NCBI RefSeq assembly: GCF_001194135.2
Contig: NC_068997.1
Coordinates: forward strand, 36,671,815-36,735,752
Length of the DNA: 63,938 nt
Direction: 5' to 3'
Source of the DNA: Octopus bimaculoides
Lineage: Eukaryota
In this document: positions 36,350 to 48,205 of the stretch, piece by piece
Numbering within the stretch: the stretch's first letter is position 1
Layout: the number at the start of each line of letters is the position of its first letter
Made by a program: the position numbers and the translations under genes
Notes under the pieces: generated by a model
What the model saw: the letters and a program-made list of their open reading frames with translations, nothing else
Databases searched by the model: none
What the model was told of the DNA's origin: nothing

Positions 36350-39250
36350 AAATATAAGAAGCCTGCTACAGAACAACAGTAAATGTGCAAAATTGCACAC
36401 CTGAAGAATCTTTCTGCATGCAATCAAGCTATATGCATTTCACTTACAGAAACACATCTATCTGCAGACATAAATCATGCGGAGTTACTCATAACAATGT
36501 ATGCTATCTTCTGTACAGACAAGAAAAAGAAGTCATAGTGGAGTTGCAATGTACATCCGTGAAGATGTCACACCATTAACCCTGTTATCGAATTCAAATT
36601 TGGTGTGTGACACACTCATAGTACATCTAAAGCAAATTGATATAGTGATATGCACACTATATATAGCCCACTTGATGCCTCAAATCATGACGAAAAATTT
36701 GGGGAAAGCCTCAGTGCCATAAAGGAAGTACTAACAGAATTGGATCAATGTACTACTATATTCCTGATGGGTGACTTCAACTTCCCCAACATCAGGTGGT
36801 CTGAGGGCAACCGCAGGAATGATGCACAAAGAACAAAATCAAGCAGAATTTCTACTTGATCTCACAAAAATGCTATTCATGGATCATACTTTCTCCAACC
36901 AGGCACAAAAATATCCTGGACCTCTGTTTCACAAACAATGTAGAAATTATCTACAACGTAAATGTATCACCAAGAATATTCTCAGACCATAACATGATAG
37001 AACTGACAATGTATGGCTCGGAATTAACTAAAGATAAACTCTGCACAGATGCCACTGAAACCCTATCCAACTTAAATTTCTATAAGGCTAACTGAAAGTC
37101 ACTTGAAAAACAGATACTCCAGCAGGACTGGCCTAAAAGATATGAAACTCAATAAATTCAAGTCAATAATGCAAACCATATGCATTAAATATGTCCCAGA
37201 GAAGAGAAATAATACACACAAAAACATCATTTCCTGAGACAGGAGAATACTCATGTGGTGGAGAATAAAGATCGCAACTCGTTTAAACAAACACCTCAAT
37301 CACAGTGTGAAATCCCACCTGACAGAGGAACTCTTTGAGATAGAAAATAAACTCAAAATCACCCATGAAAAAGAAAAAAGAAGAAAGAGAAACCTGGGTA
37401 GTCAAAAATATAAAAAGAAATCCTAAAGCCTTCTACACATTGGCAAAGGAGTCTGCCTCAGTACGCTATAAGATAGGGCCACTATTTGGTAAAAATGGCT
37501 CACTAACTGCAGACCTGGGGCAGATAAATGAAGCACTAAATAAACAATTCCAAAGTTTTTTCACTTCTCCACTGGAAAATATGTAAATAAACAAGCCTGA
37601 AGAGTTTTTCAATGTAACGAATCTATTTGTAAGAGGCAACCACCAATTACATCAACATGGATGTAATATTGGCCATTGATGAGATGAGATCAAACTCAGC
37701 AACAGGCCCAAATGAACTCCTGGTTGTTCTCTTAAAGACATGTGAAAAGACTCTAGCAAAGCCACTGCAGATACTCTTTCAGAGTTTCCTTGCATGTGGT
37801 AAACTTCCCAACATGCTAAAAGAGGGTATAATATGCCTTGTCCATAAAGGAGGGAGCAGAGCAGATGCTAAAAACTACAGGCCTATCTCTCTGACCTGAC
37901 ATGTTAGCAAGACAATGGAATGCATTGTCAGAAAAAGGCTGATCATGTTCCTGGAAGAAAACAACCTTCTTACAAACACAGAACATGGCGTCCATCTAGA
38001 GAAGAGCTGCTTCACACAGCTGTTGCAGCATTTTAACTGGGTACTGAAACAACAGCTAAACCAGTCAGCTATAAATGTGATATACCTCAACTTTGCTAAG
38101 GCCTTTAACGAGGTTGATCATGGCATGATATGTCACAAGCTGCGAAACCTTGGTATTACTGGGAAACTGGGCTGCATGATTTTCTGAAGAGCAGGAGTCA
38201 GATAATTGTAACCAATAGCACTCACTCTGAAGAAACACCAATTCTCAGCAGAGTCACACAGGAGACTGTACTGGGGCCACTACTATTTGTGGTGGCTCTC
38301 TCAGACATGCCCTCCGTAGTACAGTCAACCAATCTGACCAGTTATGCAGACGACACAAAAGTATTGCAGGCAGTTAGGAACCCAGAAGGCATCATAAAAC
38401 TGCAGAAAGACCTGAATGAAATATACAAATGGACTAACAAAAATAACATGCAGTTCAATGCTATGAAATTTCAGGCACTCCACTATCGGTCCAACACCAG
38501 GCTAACATTGGAATACACTGGACCAGAAGGTAATATAGAGTCAGAGTCAGGGCGTAACCTGGGGGTTCACATGAGCAATGATCCAACATTCCAAGATAGC
38601 AACATTGTGCAGGTGAGTGGCTGGATGGATTCTGAGGACATTCAGAACCAGGAAAAGGAGGCCCTGCTACTCCTATGGCGGACTTTCGTTCTCACCCACT
38701 TGGACTATTGCTCCCAACTATGGTCCCCAAAGAGTGTGAAACAAACTGTGGAACTCGAAGCAATACAGCGCCAATACCCAAAGAAGATTGACTTGATGGG
38801 CTACTGGGAAAGGCTAAAGATGAGAGAGATATGTGGTGATATATATTTGGAAGATCTTGCAGGGTTTAGCTCCCAATTTTGGAATGGACAACTATACCAA
38901 TCCTTGAACTGAACGGCACTGCATCATACCAAAGATCCCATCTTCCCCATCTAAAATAAGGACACAGTACTGCAATGGTCTGGGTTTCAAGGGCTCGCAA
39001 TTGTTCAACATCCTGCTAGGCAATCTTAGAGATCTACATGGTGTTGATGTGGAAGTTTTCAAGGAATGTCTGGGCAGGTTTCTATCTGAGATACAGGTGA
39101 ACCCACATCGCAGTAGGAGACACAAAGAAGAGCAGCTCCATCCAACTCACTACTCCACCAAAAACAATACTGAAAACAACACTGAGTAACTACAGGTGGT
39201 ACACCAGCATGACCTCAGCCCTGGGCTGAAACCAGTAAACAATAAAAGAT
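36350..39250 (+). mobile_element. CR1-group LINE ORF2 (APE endonuclease and RT), degenerate, with 3' tail
   Basis: SGVAMYIRE, FLMGDFNFPNIRW, LDLCFTNN, SDHNMI (APE); NYRPISLT, YLNFAKAFNEVDH, QETVLGPLLF, SYADDTK (RT). Confidence 0.9.
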
Positions 39251-40071
39251 AGATAAAATATATATATATATTGTATGTGTATATATCTGATTCTCCTCCT
39301 ACCCTCTAATTTTTACGTAATGATTGTTCCTTCACTGCTACCTCCCTTCAAACTATTTTGCTTCTCTTCTCATTCCTTTCCATACATTATATGCTCTCTC
39401 TCACTCTCTTAAAATGTTTCTCTTTTATATCTCTTCTTGCTTAACTTTGTTTTCCTCACTGACAACTAACTTCTACATGAATTTCCTTATGTATTTCTCC
39501 CCAATTCTTTTTCTCTCACTCAAAACTTACAAATTCTCTAGAAAATTTAACAGGGTTAGAAGTACATAAGGAAATAGGAAGAGGAGGAAGAAACAAAATA
39601 AATAACAAAAGGGAGGAATGAGGAAAACTGTTCTCTTAGCAGAACACTATTTCTCTTTCTCTCATAAATTTGTTTTAATCATCCATCTTTCTCTTTCTCA
39701 CTCACTCTCTCTCTCTCTCTCTCTGAATGCTTACTGCTCCTCATAAAAATTTGCCAGTGTCTTTAGATGTTTTCACATCAAAAGTTACTTTATTTTAAAA
39801 AAATAAAGAAATCTGTCACAAAAACACCGTCTTTGTTTATATTTTTTACTTCTCTCATCAGAATCAGTTTACATCTTACATTTCTTGAAATCACATTTTT
39901 ACAATTTCTCTTTAACCTTGTAGCATAGGTCAGCACCAGAAGGTGATTATTTCACTGTACATCAATATTTGTCCAGCTTCTTGATTGTTCTTTTTTATAT
40001 AAAAGTTACTTTGTTATAACAGAAGTTAGACCCTTGCTTACAATTGTTTTAAAAATTGGCTTATATTAATA

Positions 40072-40780
40072 ATGCCACAGAAAAGACAACATCTGCTGCC
40101 AACTGCATGTGTGTTCTGAGGGCAACTGAAACAAATGTACAGCATCAACAAAAACCACAAGCTAATGCTGCCAGGAGTGCAGCTTTCAGGTAACTTGAGA
40201 CTGTTAGTGACAACTGTCCCAGCTACACACGAGTAATGGAAAATAGGTGCCTTCAACTATGATCCTAGAAATGGCTATGCTTCAAAACAAATAGTTTCAA
40301 TTGACACTATGTCCAAAATTTGTAACAAGTCAATAAATGAAAATAAGATAAATACAATATGCTGTTCCAATTTGAAAAGTTAAGCTAGCAGTCCTTGTTA
40401 ATCCACCAGAATCTCTAAAACAAGTTCTTATGACCAATACAGAAGAATTCATACATTCTCTTTTTAAAGAATGCCAGAAGACATAACTCTGCTTCCTATA
40501 TAATTTCCTTTGGAACCAATATCATTAGAGAAAAAGAAATTCATGCCAACTTTTAAAGTACAAGGGTAAATCTACCATAAAATTTGTTCGCTTCAGTCCC
40601 ATTCTGATGGAGAACTCTGGTTTTTGCAGCTGTACTTTGTTTATGACTTTAAGAGAAAGGCTCATAATAGAAACACCATCTATTGAGGCACGATATTTGA
40701 ATCAATTCTTGAACTTCAATATATGATCCAATATACCTGCCTCCTAGCTTCCCTGCTGGTTATTTGATACATTTCCCTGC
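40072..40780 (+). mobile_element. Helitron RepHel N-terminal region, degenerate
   Basis: Manual translation: MPQKRQHL, AFNYDP, CCS..KVKLAVLVNPPESLK, RRHNSAS..SFG..FMPTFKVQG*IYH..FLQLYF. Confidence 0.75.
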
Positions 40781-41454
40781 TAATATGTATATGTATATAT
40801 ATATATATATAAAATATATAGTTTTAGGGAAAATAACCAATTTTCAAGAACTCATCGATGAAAATCCACTATCACATATAGAAAAATTAATAATTAAAAG
40901 CACAATAAATGAGTATAATATAAAGTAAAGTAAATATCATAAGATAAATATAATAAAAAGATTACACGTGTTTATATATACTTTATCTATAAGGCTCAAT
41001 TTAATTTTAATTTTTATAAATTGATTTTAATTGAGTTTTTTACCTGTAATTTTGGATTTTGTCCCTAATATTATTATTATATATATATATGGATCAAAAT
41101 AGTTTGATTCAAATTCGTTGGTACTCTTGAGTTTCAAGCGTGATGCTAGTCATCAGTCATTTTGAATATGAATGACAGAAGTTGATTGTTATTACTGTAA
41201 GGTAGGCTACAATTGGTTGAGGAAGGTCACAGGGTGTCGTGGTTTGACGTTGATATATGGGTAACACTTAGAAAATACCGCATGGTGAACAGGAAATAGA
41301 ACACATGGCAATTAGGAAATCGGTCAGGTTGATGGGGGTGTGTAGTTCTATATGTGGGTGTGTAGATGCGCTTATATGATTTTGCATGCAATGAGTAAAA
41401 GAGTATGTGTGTATTGATGTAAGCATGCACATCTGTACATCACAACTACAATTT

Positions 41455-42880
41455 CATTTGGCTTGACAGATCTTCTCAAGCACAGCACATTGCCAAAGGT
41501 CTCAGTCACTAGTCATTGCTTCTGTGAGGCTCAATGTTCAAAGATCATGCTTCACCACCTTCTCCCATGTCTTCCTGGGTCTACCACTACCACAAGTTCC
41601 CTCAGCAGTTAGAGATCAGCACTTCTTTACACAGCTGTCTTTGTCCATATGCATCACATGACCATACCAGCACAGCTGTCTCTCTTGCACACTATATATG
41701 ATGCCTCTTATGCCTAACTTTTCTCTCAAGATGCTTACACTCTGTCAAACATGCACACTGACATTGCACATCCAGCGAAACATACTAGCTTCATTTCTTT
41801 CAAACCTACGCATGTCTTCTGCTGTTACAGCCCACATTTCACTGCTGTGTAGCATAGCTGTTCGCACACAGGCATCATACAATTTGCCTTTCACTGAGAA
41901 ATAGGTCCTTTGTTGCCAGCAGAGGTAGGAGCTCTCAGAACTTTGCCCAGCCTAAACTTATTCTCACAGCTATGCCCTTGAAGTATCCACCTCTGCTACT
42001 AATCTGGTCATCTAGATAACAGAAGCTATCTACTACCTCTAGCTCCCCCCCCGCTCCAGGCAGTTGATGGAGTCTATTTTCTGCACATTTTCAGCGTTTA
42101 TAGTACTTGTGCATCTTCTACATACAAAAGCTATTTTCCCTGTTAGTTTTCCACTAATATTACTGCACCTTTTATGAGTCCAAAGCTTACACCAGGTGCA
42201 CCTTATAGAGTTTCTACCGATACCTTTCCTACAGATCAAGCAAGGCCATCTAACTGAAGGGATTTGTGAATTGTCTGCCTTCCTACTTTGATTTTTGCTA
42301 GGTTAACTCCAAGGCCCTTCAATTTTAGACCTTGCTTCTATACCTAGAACTTCTCTAGTTCTGGTAGTGGTTCAGCTATAAGAGCAAGGTCATCAATGTA
42401 GAGGACCTCCCAGGGGCAGCCTGCCTTAAATTCCTGTTATTCCCTGGAGGTCTATTATGAACAAGAAGGGGCTAAGGACTGATCCTTGGTGAACCCCTAC
42501 TTCTACTCTGAATTATATGCTATACTTGTTGCCAACCCTCACCTTACTGGTGTATCCCTGTACAAGGATTGTATAGCTCTCACCAACCACTCATCTATCC
42601 CTAGTTTCTGCACTGACCACCAGATAAGGGATCAGGAGACTCTGTCAAAGGCTTTCTCCAAGTCAACAAAAGCCAAGTACAGAGGTTTATCTTTGGCTAG
42701 GTATTTCTCCTGCAGCTGCCTTACCAGAAATATAACATCAGTGGTAGGCACAAAACCAAACTGCATCTCATCTAGACTAACTCTCTCCCTAAGTAGTTGG
42801 GCTATGACTCTCTCTGTAACTTTCATCACCCAATCCAACAATTTGATACCTACTTTCATCACTTGATCCAGCAATTTGAT
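41455..42880 (-). mobile_element. RTE LINE fragment(s) with internal deletions
   Basis: LQEKYLAKDKPLYLAFVDLEKAFDRV and CRKGIGRNSIRCTWCKLWTHKRC. Confidence 0.85.
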
Positions 42881-42912
42881 ACCTATTTGATATATATATA
42901 TATAAATGCCTA

Positions 42913-43521
42913 CCATTATCTTAATGTCTGTTCTCCATGTTGGCATTGGTTGGATGGTTTGACAAGAGCTGGCAAGCCAGAAAGCTGTGCAAAGCTCTAT
43001 TGTCCGTTTTAGCATGGTCTCTATGGCTGGATGCATTTTCTAACACCAGTCATTTAAAGAGTGTACTGGGTGCTTTTCCATGGCAACCAGCACTAGTAAA
43101 GTGACAAAGTAACTTGTAAGACAGAGTCCTCTTGACCAGGGGTTTAGTTGTATCAAGGAAGGTGGCTTTGTGCCAGTTGATGAGAGGTTAAAAGAATAAC
43201 AGAGGAATAAAGGTAGGTGTCTCTTCTTGAAGAGATAGAAGGATACCCCAGTTGAAGTAAAAGGGAGAGAAGGGGACTTAGAGAAAACTGCTAATGACTA
43301 GGTAATGTTTGAAAAGAATAAGGACTATTTAGTGTAGTATGTCAATGATTCTAGTCCCACATTGAAACAGTAATTGAAGCTGAAGGTAGAACCATAGAAT
43401 AAGAAAGCTTCTCAAAAACAAGTGCACAAATTTTTATTGAAATACAATTGGTTTTTATTAGATTAGAGTTGTTTTATTAAATTAAAACATATGTACTAAA
43501 ATACTTCTTAGCGCCTGTGTG

Positions 43522-43556
<35 letters not shown>

Positions 43557-43760
43557 CCTCATCATCATATCACTTAGCATCCATTTTCCATGCTGGCATG
43601 GGCTGTATAGTTTGACAGGATCTGGTGAGTCACAGGGCTGTAATGAATCCCAATGTCAGTTTGGCATGGTTCTTACAAGTGGATGGTTTTCTTAATACCA
43701 ACTACTTTACAGTGTGTACTGAGTGCTACCAGCACTAATGAGGTTGCCAAGTAACTTACA
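42913..43760 (-). mobile_element. Two degenerate RTE-type 3' tails
   Basis: ccatgttggcattggttgg..ggatgcattttctaacacc at 42913-43150; catcatcat..ttttccatgctggcatggg at 43558-43760. Confidence 0.6.
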
Positions 43761-44285
43761 AGACATGAAAAGAGAAAAGAAAGGAAAAAGAAAAATACCA
43801 CCCCCTGCAACTAAGTGATGGTAAGTCTTTGAGATGTCAGCAGCTTTATATCAGTAATTGAAAGGCTAAATTATGATGGAGGAACAAGCGCAGTTGTCTT
43901 GCCATAGAGAAGATATGTGGCCAGCTGGATTGCCAGAGTAAACTCAAGGTACAAGATGGAAAGCATAAGAAAGGATATGGACAGTGGATCAGAGGAAGGG
44001 GAGTACATTCATAAGAGTGTGAGGAGAAAGTGATAGCTGATGTGCATGTATGTACACACACACACACACACACATATATATAAATAGACGTGTGTATTCT
44101 TTCCTTGCTTACAATTAACATGGAAAAAATAGATAAATAGTTACCAGGGTAGCAAAAAATCGCACAAGTAAAAAAGCTGTAACACCTTGTTTTTAAAGGT
44201 AGAAACTCCAGGTTTACGTGAAATATTTTGTATAATATGTATAAAAATAAATGGAGTTAAACACAGGTGTTATTCAAATTCTTTT

Positions 44286-44374
44286 ACTTCCGACACATGT
44301 TTCGAAGATATCATTGGTAATATTCCAAAGGAATAAAATGGTATAAAACAACATAATCTTCTCTTCAGGGAAAT
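44286..44374 (-). ncRNA. Type I hammerhead ribozyme with complete core
   Basis: AUUUCC-CUGAAGA-GAAGAU(46 nt)AUCUUC-GAAA-CA UG UG UC-GGAAGU; predicted GUC cleavage after 44292. Confidence 0.75.
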
Positions 44375-45320
44375 GAAGAAATGAAACTTGTCAATAAGGC
44401 ATTTTAACAGAATATGATGGATATGTAAAGTGATGAACTGAACGCTATTAAGTTTTCTTTTTTAAATGTTAGATGATACAACATCAAAGGTAGCCTATAG
44501 AAAGAGGGGGGGGGGGTAAAGGAAAGAAAAAATCAGAAACCAAATAAATGAGAAGTATAGAATTATATGTAAATTTTAAAAAACCCTAAAGTCTTGGAAA
44601 AAGTGAAAGTGAAATTGAAATGTAAGAAGAAAATCAATGTTTAAATTATATATAATGATAGATATCACTTATATGAACTAAAGGTGTGTTTCTGCCAATG
44701 TTTTCATTGGTAAGCACGCTCTATAACTATGTTTACAAGAGGATTTTTAGAAAAAAAGAATAAAAAATAGTTCAGAATTACAGAGAAGACAGAAATCCTT
44801 GCTTTATCATAAGGGAACAAAATTGAGAGAATCAACCAATCTAAATTAAATTGTTTATTATGGTCTTTTAGATACCAAATTAATTTACTAAGCCCTGTAC
44901 TGTTATGTTTATTCCTATCCCTAAATATAGAGTAATGATTAGAAATTCTTTTAGATAACTGAGAAGAAGAACTACCTATATAAAAAAAGACATCAGTACC
45001 TGAAGTAATTTTACACTGGTATATAGAATTTTTAATTTTAGAGTTACTTGACATAAACTTAATTCTTTTGGAATTGCCTTCAGAGACAATAACTTTGTTA
45101 TTAATATTTCTCGGGAGATGGATGGTATCAGCTAAATTAATGTTAGTATTAAGTAAATGTATTCTTATTTAACAGGCTAATATTATTTCTTCTTTCCTTT
45201 ACCCCTCCTCTTTCTATATCCTCTAACGTTTTTTTTTTTAAACTTAATAGCATTCAGTTAATCACTATACATATCTGTCATTTTCTGTTAAAATGTCTTA
45301 TTGACAAGTTTTATTTCTTC

Positions 45321-45407
45321 ATTTCTCTGAAGAGAAGATTACATTGTTTTACACCATTTTATTCTTTTGGAATAATACCAATGATATCTTCAAAACGTGT
45401 CGGAAGT
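45321..45407 (+). ncRNA. Hammerhead copy in the inverted pLTR, core mutated (GAAA to AAAA)
   Basis: atttct-CTGAAGA-gaagat...atcttc-AAAA-cgtgtc-ggaagt. Confidence 0.6.
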
Positions 45408-45464
45408 AAACGAATTTGAATAACACCTGCATTTAACTCCATTTATTTATTTATTTATATTTGC

Positions 45465-45495
<31 letters not shown>

Positions 45496-45554
45496 TATAT
45501 ATGTACATCATCAATATCCATGTTGCATGGATGTGTGTGTACATATATCGTAAT

Positions 45555-45790
45555 CGTCATCAACATTCCTCATTTTCCATGTTGGGCAATTTGGCATGAT
45601 CTGATGTGTCCAAGGATTGCATTGCACTCCAATGTCTGATTTGGCATGGCTTCATTGGCTGGATGCCCTTCCTAATGTCAATCATATTAGTGTGTACTAG
45701 GTACTTTTTCTATGCCACCAGTACTATTGAGGTCACTATGCAGCTTACAAGACAAGAAACCTCGAGAAAGTAGAAGGCTGGTTTTATGCT
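45555..45790 (-). mobile_element. RTE-type 3' tail, degenerate
   Basis: ggatgcccttcctaatgtcaatc motif. Confidence 0.55.
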
Positions 45791-46039
45791 AGGGGATGAA
45801 GTGTTAAAGCATGACAGAAGGAGAGGGTCAGAGCAGATTCTTCTAGAAGAGCTGCATGGTTACTCACATTTAGTATGAGAAGGAGACAATGATCAGTAGA
45901 AAGTGCAAAGAGAAGATAATAGAGATCAGATGAACCTCACTCAAAGCATGAGCTGAGTAGAAGTGTATGTGTGGGGGAAATTGCAAGAGCATATGGGGAA
46001 CAGGGGACGAGCAGGTGGGAAGGCAACCTGTAACTGTAA

Positions 46040-47400
46040 AACAAAAAAATGTCAGGTAGAGTTGAAAGATGATGATCAATGAGTCATGATCTGAGGAGGA
46101 TAGAGGGATGCAGAAGTGGTGGGGAAAGTGGCAATAGGGTACAACTGACAATAGTCCTGTTTGATATATAGGAAAAGTGTTGAAATAAAATTCATATGGA
46201 GTGCCCAGCACAAGCTATGGACATATAAAAGTTTCAGTAGAATCATAGGAAGGTTAACTGAGAAAGTAGTCTTTGAATGTAGCAAGGATGCAGGAACAAT
46301 AAACACTCAGTACACAAAGGAATTAGATTTTCTCAAATGCCCACGTAGTTCCTTAGAGGTTGTGAATATTTTCTGTTACCTAGGTAACCTAATTAACAGT
46401 GGAAGAGGATGTCCTGAAAATATAGTTGCTAGAATAAGAATAGTTTAGAGAAATTCAGGGAGCTATTATCTCTGTTGGCAACAAAAGGTCCCTCTCTGAG
46501 TGAATAACAGACCTAATGATGCTTGTGTACAAACAGCTAAGCTACATGTGAGATGTAGGCCCGACAAAGATTGGGGAGGAGTACTCTGATGGATGTGCAA
46601 TGTCAGTGTACACATATAACAAAATACAAATGTGCTGGGAGAAAAACTGGGCATTAGAGGAACAAGATATAGTGTGCAAGAAAGAAGACTGTAATGGTTT
46701 GGACATGTGATGCACATGGATGAGGGCTGCTGGATAAAGTGCCAGTTGCTTAAAGCAGCTGAAACTTGTGAAAGAGGAAGAGCCAGAAAATTGTGGGATG
46801 AAGTGGTGAGGGCTGAACTCAAGATGTTGAGCCTTACAGAAATGACAAAGGACCAGGATATCTGATAATATGAAGTTCTTGAGAAAACCCATCCTCCTTA
46901 GAGAAACTGAATTCTGGAGGTGCTGTGTATTAGGTGCTCTCCACCAACACATTACACTGATCTTCCTTGACTTCATTAATGAAGCAAACTACCTCTCATC
47001 ATGCACTATGCCTATCTCTCTTCTTGCTCCTGCAGCCTATTCTACCTTGTTATATATATATATATATATATACATACACACATATACATACAATATATAC
47101 ACACACACACATACATATATTTCAGAGAGCAATCATTTCTGTAGGTAACAAAATATCTCCCTCAGAGAATGAAAGGCAGACTGTATGATGCTTGTGTGCA
47201 AATAGCAATGCTACATGATAATGAGATGTGGGCCATGAATGCTGAGACTAGAAAGAAATGAAGCTAACAAACTTGGATGCTATGTTGGTTGTGTAATGTC
47301 AGTGTGTGTGTACAATGAAATACTAATGTGTTGAGAGAAAAACTGGGCATAAGTGGAATCAGATGCAGTGTGCAAAAGCAAAGACTGCACTCATATGGTA
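46040..47400 (+). mobile_element. Degenerate RTE fragments
   Basis: HKLWTYK, FCYLGNLI, aaaggcagactgtatgatgc; interrupted by a microsatellite. Confidence 0.7.
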
Positions 47401-48205
47401 ATAGAATTAATAACAGCACAGGGGTAGTTGAAGTATTGACTGATGTACTTAAAATTCTTGTTTGTCTCATGGTAGAGTTCATATAATCTCACTTTAAGTC
47501 CAAAGAGATGTATATAAAGTTAGCTTTTTTATGATTGATAATCAGTAGTTTTTAAAAAATTTACATAATTTTTTCTTATATCTTACAAGTCCACAACACT
47601 ACACCTCTTGACAAAAATGGGAATTTCCTCTCTGTATAGATCAAGAAAACTCAATTTTTGGTGGTAAAGAATATATATACTACCAAGATCTGTGATTTGT
47701 ACAGAATCACTAGATCCCATTGCTATACTGAAATTATCTCACCTATCTTTGCAGGTTCAAAATTTACTGTCAAATTCAATTAGTGTTTTTCTGTCAGCAA
47801 GGATAGCATTTATATCAGACCAAGATAATTTTAAAGTTCTTCATGGCAAAGGTCCAAGCCTTATTGAGAAGATGGGGGCAAACCAAAGACTAGTAGCTAG
47901 AGACATCTAACTGTATAAACTTAGACTTTTTCGTAGTTTTTAAGTTCTTGAACTAATTGATAACATGTACTGTATCAGTGCATAAACTAAGTGTATTTTG
48001 GGCTCTAAGAATAGGTATTGCTCTACCAATGATCTTTTTTGCCTACGCTTATGGTTTTTGAGATTAATGTGGTGTGTTCAAGGTGTAGAGGGCAGATACT
48101 AACCGCTAAATTTAGACAACTAACTACATTGAGACTTACATATTGAATTCTGTAATTTATCACTTCTTGGTAAATCAACAGCAATTTACATATCAATTAA
48201 TAAAC

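Larger units (their letters stand above)
44245..45448 (-). mobile_element. 5'-truncated Penelope-like element: GIY-YIG fragment between inverted pseudo-LTRs
   Basis: ORF 44704..45054 SIYQCKI..FFYIGSS..KRISNH..STGLSKLIWYLK. About 280-bp inverted repeats at 44245-44533 and 45183-45448. Confidence 0.85.

Noticed and set aside
41105-41170. CTGATGA...GAAA on the minus strand
   Set aside because: Stem I does not pair next to the core, and stem II is irregular
47692-47910. 72-aa ORF with acceptor-like ctttgcag
   Set aside because: No recognisable motif or supporting donor, and it is on the opposite strand to the host exons
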